Below, piece after piece: positions 38,869 to 48,372 of a stretch of DNA of 64,000 bases (position 1 is its first letter; each line of letters begins with the position of its first letter). The DNA comes from Candidatus Aminicenantes bacterium (lineage in GTDB: Bacteria; Acidobacteriota; Aminicenantia; Aminicenantales; Saccharicenantaceae): positions 44,483 through 108,482 of the forward strand of contig JAPKZD010000022.1 of NCBI GenBank assembly GCA_026393975.1, in the 5' to 3' direction. A program made the translations under genes and the position numbers. The notes beneath the pieces are model-generated. The model did not search any database. It was not told the DNA's origin and was given only the letters and a program-made list of their open reading frames with translations.

Positions 38869-40203
38869 TTATTCCGGCAGCTGCCAGGGTTTGCGGTACG
38901 AGTGGCCGAGGAGCCGCTCCGCCTCGGGATCGCCGATGATGGTCTCGGTGGCCGGGTCCCATTTTATCTTCCGGCCGATCTCCATGGCGATGACGCCGAG
39001 ATGACCGACGCTCGCCGAGCGGTGGGCCGTCTCGGCCGGCGCGATCGTCTTGGACCGGCTGCGGACGCCGTCGAGGAAGTTCTGGTAATGGTCACGGCTC
39101 TTGGTGAGGCGCACCTCTCCGGGCCCGATGACCTCACGCTTCAGGCTCGCGGGCTCGGCCTCGAACTGGCCGCGGTCGACCCAGATCCAGCCGTGCTCGC
39201 CGATCCATTTGGTGCCGCTCCAGATCTCGTCGTGGCCGCCGGCCAGGACCATGGGTGTCCCGTCGGCGTACTTGGCCTTGACGTAGTAACGGGTCGGGCT
39301 GTTGTAGATGCCCGACGTCGGGAACTCGCCGGTCGCTTCGATCTCGACGGGGCCGGTCTCGTCCCAACCCATGCCCCAATGGGCGATGTCGAGGTGATGG
39401 CCGATCCAGTCCATGTACTGGCCGCCGCCGAAGTCCATGTTCCAGCGCCAGTTCATATGGACGCGGGCTTTACAGTAAGGCCACCAGGGCGCGGGTCCGA
39501 CCCAGAATTTGTAGTCGAGGTTCGCCGGCGGGGCGACGAGCGCCTCCTGGCCGAAGGTCCCGGCGAAGTCGTAGTGCCCCGAGGGGAGTCCGACCTCGAT
39601 CCTCTCGATCTTGCCGATGCGGCCGTTGCGGACGAGCTCCGAGGCTAGGTGGAAGTTCTCGACGGAGCGCTGCCAAGAACCGGTCTGCCAGACGCGGCCG
39701 TAGCGCTCGACGGCGTCGCAGAGGGCCCGGCCCTCGCGCAGATTGTGGGTCAGCGGTTTCTCGCCGTAGACGTCGAGGCCGGACCGGAGCGCGGAGATAG
39801 CCAGGATGGCGTGCCAATGGTCGGGGACGGCGATGGAGACGGCATCGAGGTCCTTACGCAGGAAGAGCTCGCGGAAGTCGTGATAGGTTACGCAGGATCT
39901 ATTGCCGTACTTCTTGTTGACCATGTCCCGGGCCATGGCCAGCGGCTCGGTATCGAGGTCGCAGACGGCGACCCACTGGACCTCGGACTTCTCGAGGAAG
40001 CTCGACATATTGCCCGGTCCCATCATGCCGAAGCCGATACCGGCCATGACGATCCGGTTCGACGGCGCGATGGCGCCGTCCTTCCCCAGGGCCGCGGCCT
40101 TGATGATCGTCGGGAATCCCGTGACGGCGGCCCCGCCGGCGACAGCGACTGTCTTGAGGAAATGCCTCCGGTTCATTTTCTTATTCCCGTTTTTTTCCCT
40201 CAT
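38869..40203 (-). CDS. Tat-exported Gfo/Idh/MocA oxidoreductase
   Basis: NRRHFL; GFGMMG; PDHWH; YGEKP; QTGSWQRS; DWIGHHLD. Confidence 0.92.
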   Translation of the reverse strand: MREKNGNKKMNRRHFLKTVAVAGGAAVTGFPTIIKAAALGKDGAIAPSNRIVMAGIGFGMMGPGNMSSFLEKSEVQWVAVCDLDTEPLAMARDMVNKKYGNRSCVTYHDFRELFLRKDLDAVSIAVPDHWHAILAISALRSGLDVYGEKPLTHNLREGRALCDAVERYGRVWQTGSWQRSVENFHLASELVRNGRIGKIERIEVGLPSGHYDFAGTFGQEALVAPPANLDYKFWVGPAPWWPYCKARVHMNWRWNMDFGGGQYMDWIGHHLDIAHWGMGWDETGPVEIEATGEFPTSGIYNSPTRYYVKAKYADGTPMVLAGGHDEIWSGTKWIGEHGWIWVDRGQFEAEPASLKREVIGPGEVRLTKSRDHYQNFLDGVRSRSKTIAPAETAHRSASVGHLGVIAMEIGRKIKWDPATETIIGDPEAERLLGHSYRKPWQLPE

Positions 40204-40231
40204 AGGACTTCCTCCGTTTTGCCGTGGTGCT

Positions 40232-41524
40232 TCAGACGAGCGGCGTTTTCCCCGGGACGGCGACGGGCTCGACCGGAAGCGGTCCGAACTCGATTTTCGC
40301 CGGCGTCAGGTCGAGCTTGGAGGCGTTCATGGCCCAATCCCAAGAGATCGCCCGGCCGGTGTAAGCGCTCATCCGGCCCATGATGGCGCAGAGGGTGCTT
40401 TCGGCGACGCGTTTGCCTTCGTTGAGCGGCTTCCCGGCGCGGATGCCGGCAATGAGGTCGGTGTGCTCTTGGACGTAGGGATTGATTTCGTCGCCTTCGA
40501 ACTTCCAGGCGTTCGGCCCGGAGATCTCGCCGTAGCCCATGGCCGAGCCCTTCGTGCCGACGATCTTTTCCTCGACGCGGTCGGCGCAGCCCGGGGTCTG
40601 GCGGCACATGCTCATGACGCGGGCGCCGTTCGGGTACTCGAACTCGACGGCGAAGTGGTCGAAGATGTTGCCGTATTCGGGCGCGGTCCGGACCTGGCGG
40701 CCGCCCATGCCCATGACCTTGACCGGCGTCGCGCCGAAGGCCCAGTTCATGACGTCGATATTGTGGACGTGCTGTTCGACGATGTGGTCGCCCGAAAGCC
40801 AGGTGAAGTAGAGCCAGTTCCGGCACTGCCATTCCATGTCGGTCATCTGCGGCGTCTGCTTGACGACCCAGAGCTCGCCCTGGTTCCAGTAGCACTGGCC
40901 GCCGACGACTTCGCCGATGGCCCCGCCGTGGATCCGTTTCATGAGTTCGAGGTAGCGGGCCTGGTGGCGGCGCTGGGTGCCGGCGACGATGGCCAGGCCC
41001 TTCTGGCGGGCCAGCTCCGAGCTGGCGATGACCGAGCGGATCCCGACCGGGTCGACGGCCACCGGCTTTTCCGTGAAGACGTGCTTGCCCGCTTCGACGG
41101 CCGCCTTGAGGTGCAGGGGCCGGAAGCCGGGCGGCGCGGCGGTGACGATGAGGTCGACCTCGGGCAGAGCGCAGACTTTCTTGTAGGCGTCGAAACCCGT
41201 GAAGCACTTGTCGGGCGTGACCTTGACCTTGTCCGCGTGTTTTTCCTTGAGCCGGGCGAGCGAGCTCTGGACGCGGTCAGCGAAGAGGTCGGCCAGGGCC
41301 ACGACCTCGACGCCGGGCGCGGCGTCCATGCAGTCGATGGCCGCGCCCGTGCCCCGGCCGCCGCAGGCGACGACGCCGACGCGGACGGTGTCGGCGCCGG
41401 CGGCGAAGAGGCCTCCGGAGCCCGAAACGGCCGCCGCGAGAGAGGCCATGGAGGCGACCGACGTCGTCTTGATGAAATCTCGTCTGGTCATGCCGAAGAT
41501 GGTGTCTTTTTTTTCGTTGGTCAT
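40232..41524 (-). CDS. Tat-exported Gfo/Idh/MocA oxidoreductase
   Basis: TRRDFI; ACGGRGTGA; PPGFRP; TEKP; GDHIVEQHVHNID. Confidence 0.92.
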   Translation of the reverse strand: MTNEKKDTIFGMTRRDFIKTTSVASMASLAAAVSGSGGLFAAGADTVRVGVVACGGRGTGAAIDCMDAAPGVEVVALADLFADRVQSSLARLKEKHADKVKVTPDKCFTGFDAYKKVCALPEVDLIVTAAPPGFRPLHLKAAVEAGKHVFTEKPVAVDPVGIRSVIASSELARQKGLAIVAGTQRRHQARYLELMKRIHGGAIGEVVGGQCYWNQGELWVVKQTPQMTDMEWQCRNWLYFTWLSGDHIVEQHVHNIDVMNWAFGATPVKVMGMGGRQVRTAPEYGNIFDHFAVEFEYPNGARVMSMCRQTPGCADRVEEKIVGTKGSAMGYGEISGPNAWKFEGDEINPYVQEHTDLIAGIRAGKPLNEGKRVAESTLCAIMGRMSAYTGRAISWDWAMNASKLDLTPAKIEFGPLPVEPVAVPGKTPLV

Positions 41525-41543
41525 GTTCTCTCCTTTTTTCAAT

Positions 41544-42482
41544 TTAGAAGGCGTCGGCGGCGCGGTAGGCCTCGATGAGGGCCTTTTCGCCCTCGAGGCC
41601 GGCCTTGCTCTTGCCGTGCTCGAGGCAGAGCACGTCCTGGTAGCCCTTGCCGTAGATGTGCTTGAAAATATTCCGGTAGTTCATCTCGCCCGTGCCCGGC
41701 TCCTTCCGTCCCGGCGAGTCGCCGACGTGGAAGGCCGCGATCTCGTCCCAGCAGGCGTCGATGTTGGGGATGATGTTGCCCTCGGTGATCTGCTGGTGGT
41801 ACATGTCGTCGAGGATCTTGACGGACGGGCTCCCGACGGCGCGGCAGATCTGGTAGGCCTGGGCCATCTTGGTCAGGAAGAGGCCGGGGTGGTCCTTCGG
41901 ATTGAGGGGTTCGAGGACGATGATCAAGCCCGACGGCTCGCACAGCCCGGCGAATCGCTTGAGGTTCTCGACGACGTTGGCCGTCTGGTAGTCCCAGTCG
42001 AGGCTCTCGTCGAAGCGGCCGGGGACGGCGAGGGCCCACTTGCAGCCGGTCCTCCGGCCCGTTTCGACGGCTGTCTTGAACCGTCCGGCGAGCATGTCGA
42101 GGACGGCCGCGTCCCGGGCGACGAAGGATTTGACCTTGAAGTCGGCGTAGACGACGAACGGGCCGATCGTCAGGCCGAGTCGGGTGGATTCCCTGGCCAG
42201 AGCCTCCTGCTCGGCGGGAGCCCGGCCCATCAGGCCGTTGTCGAACCAGGCTTTGAAGCCCTGATCGGCAATGAACTTGAGCTGGTCGGCGGGAGCTTTC
42301 CCGGCGTGGGCCTCGAACATCCCCAAGTCCGGGGCGTACTTGAGCTTGAAGCCGCCGCCGGCGGCCGCCGCGGACTTGGCCTGGCCGGACACGCCGAGCG
42401 GTGACAGGGATGCGGCCGCCGCCCCGAGAACCGCGGTCTTGAGGAAACCCCTCCGAGTCGAGCGGTTGTCTCGATTTCCCAT
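41544..42482 (-). CDS. Tat-exported hydroxypyruvate isomerase-like TIM-barrel protein
   Basis: TRRGFL; LEPLN; DMYHQQITEGN; HVGDSPGRKEPGTGEMNY; LEH. Confidence 0.88.
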   Translation of the reverse strand: MGNRDNRSTRRGFLKTAVLGAAAASLSPLGVSGQAKSAAAAGGGFKLKYAPDLGMFEAHAGKAPADQLKFIADQGFKAWFDNGLMGRAPAEQEALARESTRLGLTIGPFVVYADFKVKSFVARDAAVLDMLAGRFKTAVETGRRTGCKWALAVPGRFDESLDWDYQTANVVENLKRFAGLCEPSGLIIVLEPLNPKDHPGLFLTKMAQAYQICRAVGSPSVKILDDMYHQQITEGNIIPNIDACWDEIAAFHVGDSPGRKEPGTGEMNYRNIFKHIYGKGYQDVLCLEHGKSKAGLEGEKALIEAYRAADAF

Positions 42483-42676
42483 GGATACCCTCCTTGCTTA
42501 CCCGAATTCCGGGGCGGCGAAAGGACGGACTCCGAGAACGGGATCAGGCAAGAAGAGAGCGACAAGCCCGGGACAGGATGGAAAGGGGTTCTCGGAGGGT
42601 TCTTTTTACGCCCACGACACCAAGATTCTATTAAAAGGAGGGGGCTAATTCAACCGTGATGAAAAAAAGGGGGGAT

Positions 42677-42705
42677 TTGACCCGGGCCGGGGCATGGCCT
42701 ACACT
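42677..42705 (+). promoter_or_regulatory. sigma70 promoter of lipocalin gene
   Basis: TTGACC-17 bp-TACACT. Confidence 0.6.
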
Positions 42706-42725
42706 GGAGAGGAGAGAGGCCGCGC

Positions 42726-43256
42726 ATGAAACCATGGATAGTGATTCTTTTTATGATCGTCGCCGCGGGCGCGGCCGCGAAGGCCCGGGCCGGGACAAAG
42801 CCCCTCGAGGTCGTCCCCTCCGTCGACGTCCGGAGATACCTCGGCACGTGGTACGAGATCGCGACCATCCCCCAGCGCTTCCAGAAGGGCTGCGTCGGCG
42901 TCACGGCCCATTACTCGCTCCGCGAAGATGGGGATATCGATGTTATCAACACCTGCCGCAAAGAGACGCTCGACGGGAAGGAGCGCTCGGCCCGCGGCAA
43001 GGCTTGGATCGTGGATAAGACAACCAACGCCAAACTCAAGGTCCGCTTCTTCTGGCCTTTCTCCGGCGCCTACTGGATCATCGAGCTCGACAAGGACTAC
43101 CAGTGGGCCGTCGTCGGCCATCCCAACCGGAGCTACCTCTGGATCCTCAGCCGGACGCCACATATGGACGGGGCTGTCTACGAGGAGCTCATCCGCCGGA
43201 TCGCGGCCAAAGGCTACGACCTGAGCAAGATCAAAAAGACCCTCCAGCCCTCATGA
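42726..43256 (+). CDS. blc: Bacterial lipocalin (Blc-like)
   Basis: YLGTWYEIA, YWIIELDKDY, YLWILSR. Confidence 0.9.
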   Translation: MKPWIVILFMIVAAGAAAKARAGTKPLEVVPSVDVRRYLGTWYEIATIPQRFQKGCVGVTAHYSLREDGDIDVINTCRKETLDGKERSARGKAWIVDKTTNAKLKVRFFWPFSGAYWIIELDKDYQWAVVGHPNRSYLWILSRTPHMDGAVYEELIRRIAAKGYDLSKIKKTLQPS

Positions 43257-43361
43257 AATCTTACTAAAATAGTAGGAAATAGGACAGGGACCGTCCCCCT
43301 TTTCGGACATCCGCCGGTTCCCGTTCCAGGTCCCTAACCCGTCCCCTCCCCCCGTGTACCT

Positions 43362-43377
43362 TGGCATGAAACTTGCA
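43362..43377 (+). promoter_or_regulatory. sigma54 (-24/-12) promoter
   Basis: TGGCATGAAACTTGCA: GG-N10-GC, near-consensus; 28 bp upstream of ATG 43405. Confidence 0.75.
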
Positions 43378-43404
43378 CTTCTCCTATACAGAAAGGAGAA
43401 TTCG

Positions 43405-43983
43405 ATGAAACTCATCAGACTGGCGTTGATCGCTCTCGTCATCTCGGCGACGGCCTATCCGCAGACGGCGGACCTGGGCATGGGCGCGTTTTCCAACGAA
43501 AAAGGCGCCATCCTCGTGGCCGTCGACGCCGCCCTCGTCAACCAGGAGATCCATAGCCCTTACGTCATGTTCGTCGTTTTCCTGGCCGCCAAGGACAAGG
43601 GCCAGTCCATCAGCGTCGCGGCGAAGGACGTGGTCATGGTTTACAAGGGGCAGGAATATCGTATGCCCTCGCTGAAAGACCTCCGGGACAGCTACCAGGG
43701 CGAGATCCGGGACGTCGATTTTTACCGGCACCTGGGCAAGGAGGGCATCATCGCCTCTTGGGCCAGGCTCTATGAGTTTCCGGAGAAGGCGAATTTCTTC
43801 CCTCCGCTCACGCTCACGTCGACGCTCTCGGTGGATGAGGGGCACATGGCCGCGTTCAATGGATTCCTGACGCCCATGTACTTCAAGAATCCCGGCTTCG
43901 CCAAGGGGGACAAGCTGACGATCAAGGTCCGGGACACGAAAAACCCACAGCTCGCCGGAGAGTGCGAGGTCGTCCTCAACTGA
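43405..43983 (+). CDS. Hypothetical secreted protein
   Basis: AAGGAG RBS, signal peptide, coding-like codon usage; no recognised family. Confidence 0.75.
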   Translation: MKLIRLALIALVISATAYPQTADLGMGAFSNEKGAILVAVDAALVNQEIHSPYVMFVVFLAAKDKGQSISVAAKDVVMVYKGQEYRMPSLKDLRDSYQGEIRDVDFYRHLGKEGIIASWARLYEFPEKANFFPPLTLTSTLSVDEGHMAAFNGFLTPMYFKNPGFAKGDKLTIKVRDTKNPQLAGECEVVLN

Positions 43984-43998
43984 CGGCTGGAGGCTATT

Positions 43999-45738
43999 TC
44001 ACTTCGCCGGGACGAGGGTGACTTTTTCCAGGTTCATGGCGTGGTTGTTGACGACGGACGTGATCCTGACCCGGAGCTTGTGCGCACCCGCCCTGAGAGT
44101 GACCTTGCCCACGGGAAACGTCTTGGGGAAATAGACGCTCGGCGACGATTCCGTCTGGGCGGCGATTTTCTGTCCGTCCACCTCGACCTCATACGCGGCC
44201 TTGCCGCCCCACATGCTGGCGTAGGAGGCCAGGATTTCGAAGGCCCCGGCTTTGTCCGTCGTGAAAGCCCACTCCGGGTAGTCGTTGACGTTCTGCCAGT
44301 TGGTCAGCATCGTTGTCCGGTAGAAATGGTCGATATAGGCGCGCTGGCCCATCTCCGATTGGATGTCGGCGAGATAAACGGGGAGCTCGATCCGCCCGTC
44401 TTTCTCCGGGCTTATCTTGTAGGGTTCGACCATGGGCGGTCCCTGGAGTTCGATGACGACCACCGTCGCGTCGGGGTCGCGCTCGCGTTCCGGGAGGGTG
44501 ATGATGACGTCCTTCCCTGCCCGCTTGAATGGCAAAGGCCTCCCCGGGCCCGTTAAAAGATAAGTTTTTTTCACGTCCGTCTTGAGCCCGGGAAGACGGA
44601 TCCTGCCGTCCGCGGGCCAGCCCATGACGTGGATGTAGAGCTTGTTGCCCTTGACCGTGCACCGGCCGAAGAAGGGCAGACGCTCGAAGACGCTGGCCGT
44701 CGTCCCGTAGATCGCTTCGCCGTTCGTCTTCAGCCATTCGCCCATCCGTCTCAGCCGGGCGACGAAGTCGGCCTGGATGCGGCCGTCGGGCTGGGGCCCG
44801 ACGTTGAGGAGGAGGTTGCCGCCCTTGCTGACGATCTCGATGAGTTGTCGGATGAGCTGGCTGGCGCTGTGGAACTCGGTCTCGGTACGGTTGTAGCCCC
44901 AGCCGTTCCAGTTCATCGTGTAACAGGCTTCCCACAGGCGGGGTGAACCGTCGGGGTTGCGGACGCCCGTGGCCGGGACGTAGTTTTCGGGTGTGCCAAA
45001 ATCGCCGTGGCCGGGCTCGCGCTTGAACAGCCGGTCGTTGATGAGGAGCGTCGGCTTCAAGCCGAGGAGGATTTTTTCGATGGCGAAGGCCCGTTGCTCC
45101 TCGTTCGAATGCTCCCACTCGCCGTCGAACCAGAGGACGGCCGGGTCGTATTTCGTTACGAGCTCCTTGAGCTGGTTTGTCGCGAAGTCCATGTAGCGCC
45201 CGAAGTCGGCGCCCTTGGAACTCCGGTCGGTCTCCCAGCCGCGGCGCGGCAGGTAGTCGGGGTGGTGCCAATCCATGATCGAGTAATAGAAGCCGAGCGG
45301 CACCCCGGCCTTCTTCATCGAGGATGAGAGCGGACCCAGGATGTCCCGGCCGTACTTGGCCTTCATGATGTCGTAGTCGGTGTACTGGCTGTCGAAGATC
45401 GAGAAGCCATCGTGGTGCTTCGAAGTAATGATGACATATTTCACGCCGGCGTCTTTCGCCAGCGCGGCCCACGCGTCCGGGTCGAAGTCGATCGGGTTGA
45501 AGTTGTCGGCGTAGTACTGGTACTCCTTGAGCGGGATCTGGAGGAGTTGGCGGGCCCACTCCTCGCGGCCGATCATGGAGTAGACGCCCCAGTGGATGAA
45601 CAGGCCGAATTTGGCTTCCCGGAACCACTGGAGGCGATCAGGCGTCTGGGACTGGGCCTCCAGGGACGGGACCGTTGAGGCGAAAAACGTTGAAAATAAA
45701 AGAAATGCCGCGAAAAAGGCGATCGTCCGGGTTTTCAT
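43999..45738 (-). CDS. Alpha-L-fucosidase (GH29) with C-terminal CBM-like domain
   Basis: WFREAKFGLFIHWGVYS, TSKHHDGF, YYSIMDWHH, LWFDG, GGNLLLNVGP, NGEAIYGT. Confidence 0.93.
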   Translation of the reverse strand: MKTRTIAFFAAFLLFSTFFASTVPSLEAQSQTPDRLQWFREAKFGLFIHWGVYSMIGREEWARQLLQIPLKEYQYYADNFNPIDFDPDAWAALAKDAGVKYVIITSKHHDGFSIFDSQYTDYDIMKAKYGRDILGPLSSSMKKAGVPLGFYYSIMDWHHPDYLPRRGWETDRSSKGADFGRYMDFATNQLKELVTKYDPAVLWFDGEWEHSNEEQRAFAIEKILLGLKPTLLINDRLFKREPGHGDFGTPENYVPATGVRNPDGSPRLWEACYTMNWNGWGYNRTETEFHSASQLIRQLIEIVSKGGNLLLNVGPQPDGRIQADFVARLRRMGEWLKTNGEAIYGTTASVFERLPFFGRCTVKGNKLYIHVMGWPADGRIRLPGLKTDVKKTYLLTGPGRPLPFKRAGKDVIITLPERERDPDATVVVIELQGPPMVEPYKISPEKDGRIELPVYLADIQSEMGQRAYIDHFYRTTMLTNWQNVNDYPEWAFTTDKAGAFEILASYASMWGGKAAYEVEVDGQKIAAQTESSPSVYFPKTFPVGKVTLRAGAHKLRVRITSVVNNHAMNLEKVTLVPAK

Positions 45739-45913
45739 GTTTCGACCTCTCCTCCTCGACGAATATCCCAAGATTATCCCCGACAGGGAGGGCTGTCAAC
45801 GCCGGAGCCCCGGCCGCTGGCAAATGGGTAGATACATTCGCGGGCGTCAAGCCCCGCTCAGTATCAACCCTGAGCATATCCCGGACTTCAGACCGGGAAG
45901 GCGAATGGGTTGA

Positions 45914-48244
45914 TCAGTACTTGATATACGTTTTCGGGTCGAGCCCGGAATCCGGCGGCAGGCGCCACATGAAATCGGGATCGATGCGGGGCTCGTCCGC
46001 CCGGTGTTTTTCCATGAGAGCGACTTTTCTCCGTATGAGCTCGGGGAGGTTCGTCCCGTACATGTTGAAGGTCTCGCCCGTGGGGTCGACGGGCATGAAC
46101 CGTGTCTTCGACTCTTCGAAGAGCGCGGCCAGCGTCCTGGCGTTCCCGATCTCGTCGTCGACCATGGCCCTGACCATAACCAAGCGTCTCTCTTTCTCGG
46201 CAGGGTCTTTCGTCTCGATGGTGCCGTGGACGCCGGCCACCCAGGCGGCGGTGTTGCGCAGGGTCCGGAAGTAGCAACGCAGGGCCCGGAGCCGGTCGAA
46301 CTGGTCGACGAAGACCGCTCGCGCTTTGTCCTTCGCTCCCTTGACCGCGTCACCCAGGACCCCGATCGCCTCGTCCAGGGGCTTCCATGTCGCCCGGTCG
46401 GCCTGGGCCACGGCCGCGTCCGCCTGATCGCGGGTCATGAGCGTCCAGAGGATGTCCGTGCCGAGGTCGATGAGGTTGGGGTTATTGAAGGTCACGGTCA
46501 TGTATTTCTCGTAGTAGGCGCGCTCGGCCTCCGGGATCTTGCCGATGTCCGGGGCGAAGGGCCGGACGAGGAGCCGGTACCAGGGAAAACCCCAGTTGTT
46601 GTCGCCGTAGAGCATAATCGATGGGAAACCGCGGACGGCCGCGTCGCAGAGTCGCCAAGCCTTGACCAGGGCCGGGGCGCCGCTTTTTCCAACGAGGCGT
46701 GAGGCCGCCGCCGCAACGACGGCGTCGACGTCTGCGCCCGCGTCGAAGTTGAACGCCCGCAGGATGTCCCGATTGACGTCATAAGGGGCGAGCGGCTCGG
46801 GGTCGACCGTGACCTGGGCCTTGTCGAAGCCGGCCGCCTGGAGGCCGCGGACCTCTTCGGCCGCGAGCCAGGGCGAGGGGATGCCCAGGAGGTAGTTGTT
46901 CTGGAGCCGCGTCGTCGTGAAGATCTCGCTGCCTTTCGCCGGCAGGGACTTGAGCCGCCGGCCGCGGGGCGAGTCGTCGAGTTCTTTCGGGGCGATCCAG
47001 AGGTCGAGCCCCTCGGTCAGGCCGTCGAGGATGAATTCCTCCTCGTTCGAGAAGGAGAAGAGGTTGAAGAGGAGGCGGAAGTCGGGACGGGTCTCGGCTG
47101 CCGCGTCCCGCAGGGTTCGGAAATAGCGGAGGACGTTCTCCGCCGCCGCCTTGGCGATGGCCTCGTGGGACTTCCACTCGCGGACAAGATAGGCCCCGCC
47201 GTTGCGGCCGGCGTAGAGGCTGGCCGTGTACTCGAAGCCCGAGCCGCTGTCGTTTGTCCAGAGATAGATGTAGCCGAGTTCGGGGACCTCGCGCATCAGC
47301 CGCCGCATGAGCTCGGCGTAATGCCAGCGGACGGCGGGATGCGAGAGCGTCAGAGTGAAGCGCGGGCGGTAGCTCCTGAAGGGGTGGTCGACGCGGGCCC
47401 CGCGGAGGTAGGGGTACTTTTCGAGAACGGAATCCGGGACCGAGCGGGGCGAACTGATGTTGAGGCCGGGCGTCAAGCCGTATTTGACGGCCAGGCGGGC
47501 GTTCTCCTTGAGAAGCGTCAGGTTGGCCTCGAGGTATTCCGGCGAGTAGGCCCCGGCGTTGAGGGGCGTCTCGACGAACTGGTCGAGGTCGGGGCTGAAA
47601 TAGTAAAAACGGTAGTAGATCTCCCCGGGCGGCCCCTGTTCGGCGGGCATATCCTTGGCCAGGGCGTTCACGGGAATATGGCTGAAACCGAGGCGGGCCA
47701 GCTCGCGAACGGAGCGCTCGGCATCGTAGCCGGCCGCGACCCGCTTCGGGTTGGCCAGGTAATTGTCGCCGCCCTCGAGCCGGGAGAAACGGGGGACGAC
47801 GATTTTTCCGTTCTCGAACCCGGCGGCGTCGAGCCCGAGCCAGTCTTCCTTGAGCAGGGAATAGAGCGCATAAAGGAGGTGGGGCGCGGACGTCGTGAGC
47901 TCGCCGCTTCCGTCAGGGGCGAGCTTGAGGAACATCCAGCCTTTCCCGCCGGACTCGCGGAGGGCGTCGGGCAACGGGCCGGAGAGGAATTTTTCGTCGG
48001 CGATGGCGATGCGCATGACGCCCTTTTCGTTCCGCCCTGCCTGGCCGGGGGTTTCGATCTCTGCCTGGGGCACGAGGTCGCGGCGGAATTCATCGGCCAC
48101 GGTCCGGTCGACGGGACGTCCGTTCGCGGGGATGGCCAGGACGCGGATGTTTTTCAGGGCGTCGGCGACCGTCGACTTGCGCTCGGCGGCGAAACCGAAC
48201 CCGAACAGGGACAGGGCCCCCAGGAGTGCAACGAATTTAGCCAT
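45914..48244 (-). CDS. Large secreted hypothetical protein, possibly a glycoside-hydrolase-like TIM barrel
   Basis: Signal peptide, AAGGAGG RBS; VPELGYIYLWTNDSGSG resembles GH TIM-barrel segments. Confidence 0.6.
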   Translation of the reverse strand: MAKFVALLGALSLFGFGFAAERKSTVADALKNIRVLAIPANGRPVDRTVADEFRRDLVPQAEIETPGQAGRNEKGVMRIAIADEKFLSGPLPDALRESGGKGWMFLKLAPDGSGELTTSAPHLLYALYSLLKEDWLGLDAAGFENGKIVVPRFSRLEGGDNYLANPKRVAAGYDAERSVRELARLGFSHIPVNALAKDMPAEQGPPGEIYYRFYYFSPDLDQFVETPLNAGAYSPEYLEANLTLLKENARLAVKYGLTPGLNISSPRSVPDSVLEKYPYLRGARVDHPFRSYRPRFTLTLSHPAVRWHYAELMRRLMREVPELGYIYLWTNDSGSGFEYTASLYAGRNGGAYLVREWKSHEAIAKAAAENVLRYFRTLRDAAAETRPDFRLLFNLFSFSNEEEFILDGLTEGLDLWIAPKELDDSPRGRRLKSLPAKGSEIFTTTRLQNNYLLGIPSPWLAAEEVRGLQAAGFDKAQVTVDPEPLAPYDVNRDILRAFNFDAGADVDAVVAAAASRLVGKSGAPALVKAWRLCDAAVRGFPSIMLYGDNNWGFPWYRLLVRPFAPDIGKIPEAERAYYEKYMTVTFNNPNLIDLGTDILWTLMTRDQADAAVAQADRATWKPLDEAIGVLGDAVKGAKDKARAVFVDQFDRLRALRCYFRTLRNTAAWVAGVHGTIETKDPAEKERRLVMVRAMVDDEIGNARTLAALFEESKTRFMPVDPTGETFNMYGTNLPELIRRKVALMEKHRADEPRIDPDFMWRLPPDSGLDPKTYIKY

Positions 48245-48372
48245 GGACGCCTCCTTCTCGTTATTCTATGAGATTCTCGCCAGGGCCTGCAAGCGGCGAG
48301 GTCCCTGAGAAAATCCGGCCGCGCCGAGCGTTGCTTTAATGAAGGCATTAAGAAACGTCTCCCCGAGGTTCC

